64,000 nucleotides of DNA from an uncultured delta proteobacterium (GTDB lineage: Bacteria; Desulfobacterota; BSN033; UBA1163): the NCBI GenBank assembly GCA_963827685.1, contig CAWHBU010000003.1:1088001-1152000 (forward strand), written 5' to 3'. The notes under the pieces were generated by a model. It was given only the letters and a program-made list of their open reading frames with translations, was not told the DNA's origin and searched no databases. Shown piece by piece: positions 63,652 through 64,000 of this stretch. How positions within the stretch are numbered: position 1 is the stretch's first letter; each line of letters starts with the position of its first letter. The translations under genes were made by a program, and so were the position numbers.

Positions 63652-64000
63652 TCACACTCCCCTTCCTGCCTTCGCTCTTAATTGCTCATATTCGCTATGA
63701 ACTCGTTTCTCAATCTCCCCGATCATTTCATCGGTCAGGTGGCGAAATCGTCCTTGAAGCTTGGTATATTCCTTAATGGGCTTCAATTTCGGGAAATCAA
63801 TACTCAGGCGATATTGACCCTTTTCCACCTCATAAAGAGGGAAGATCCCTGTCTCCACAGCTAACCGACCCAGTTTGATTGAAAGTTCGGGTGCAGACCT
63901 CCATCCGGTTGGACAGACAGAAAGGATGTGAACATAGGCAGGTCCTTCGATATCAGCCGCTTTCTTCACTTTCTGCACGAGGTCGATCGGATAACTGGGG
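63652..64000 (-). CDS. Pyruvate/2-oxoacid:ferredoxin oxidoreductase beta subunit, 3' part
   Basis: GPAYVHILSVCPTGW, LAVETGIFPLYEV, QGRFRHL. Confidence 0.88.
   Translation of the reverse strand, partial: PSYPIDLVQKVKKAADIEGPAYVHILSVCPTGWRSAPELSIKLGRLAVETGIFPLYEVEKGQYRLSIDFPKLKPIKEYTKLQGRFRHLTDEMIGEIEKRVHSEYEQLRAKAGRGV

Overview
Bacterial chromosomal segment, probably from an anaerobic Desulfobacterota/deltaproteobacterium-like organism (inferred from gene content). Housekeeping blocks: hemL (partial), dapB/dapF/lysA, yggS, maf, rfaE2-lon-thiL, hrcA-grpE-dnaK, ftsY. Energy metabolism: a Tat-exported [NiFe]-hydrogenase with hyp genes, a selenocysteine formate dehydrogenase FdhAB plus fdhE, and a NuoE/NuoF/FeS module directly downstream of a 2-oxoacid:ferredoxin oxidoreductase beta subunit. 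Selenium: selA, tRNA-Sec and a second probable selenoprotein (exported UshA-like metallophosphoesterase, CxxU). The most unusual region is a complete 5.7-kb cargo-carrying IS1-like transposon (32767-38500; perfect 17-bp TIRs, 8-bp TSD). It carries a RelE/Xre/third-gene module, a CapRel-like RelA/SpoT gene split by a nested IS4, and an unannotated 71-nt tRNA-like RNA (G3:U70/A73 alanine identity, no canonical D-arm) in the leader of the transposase under a consensus sigma70 promoter with palindromic operators. Intergenic DNA is rich in nested palindromic mini-repeats, some of which enter coding sequences. All family assignments are from motif recognition, not database searches.
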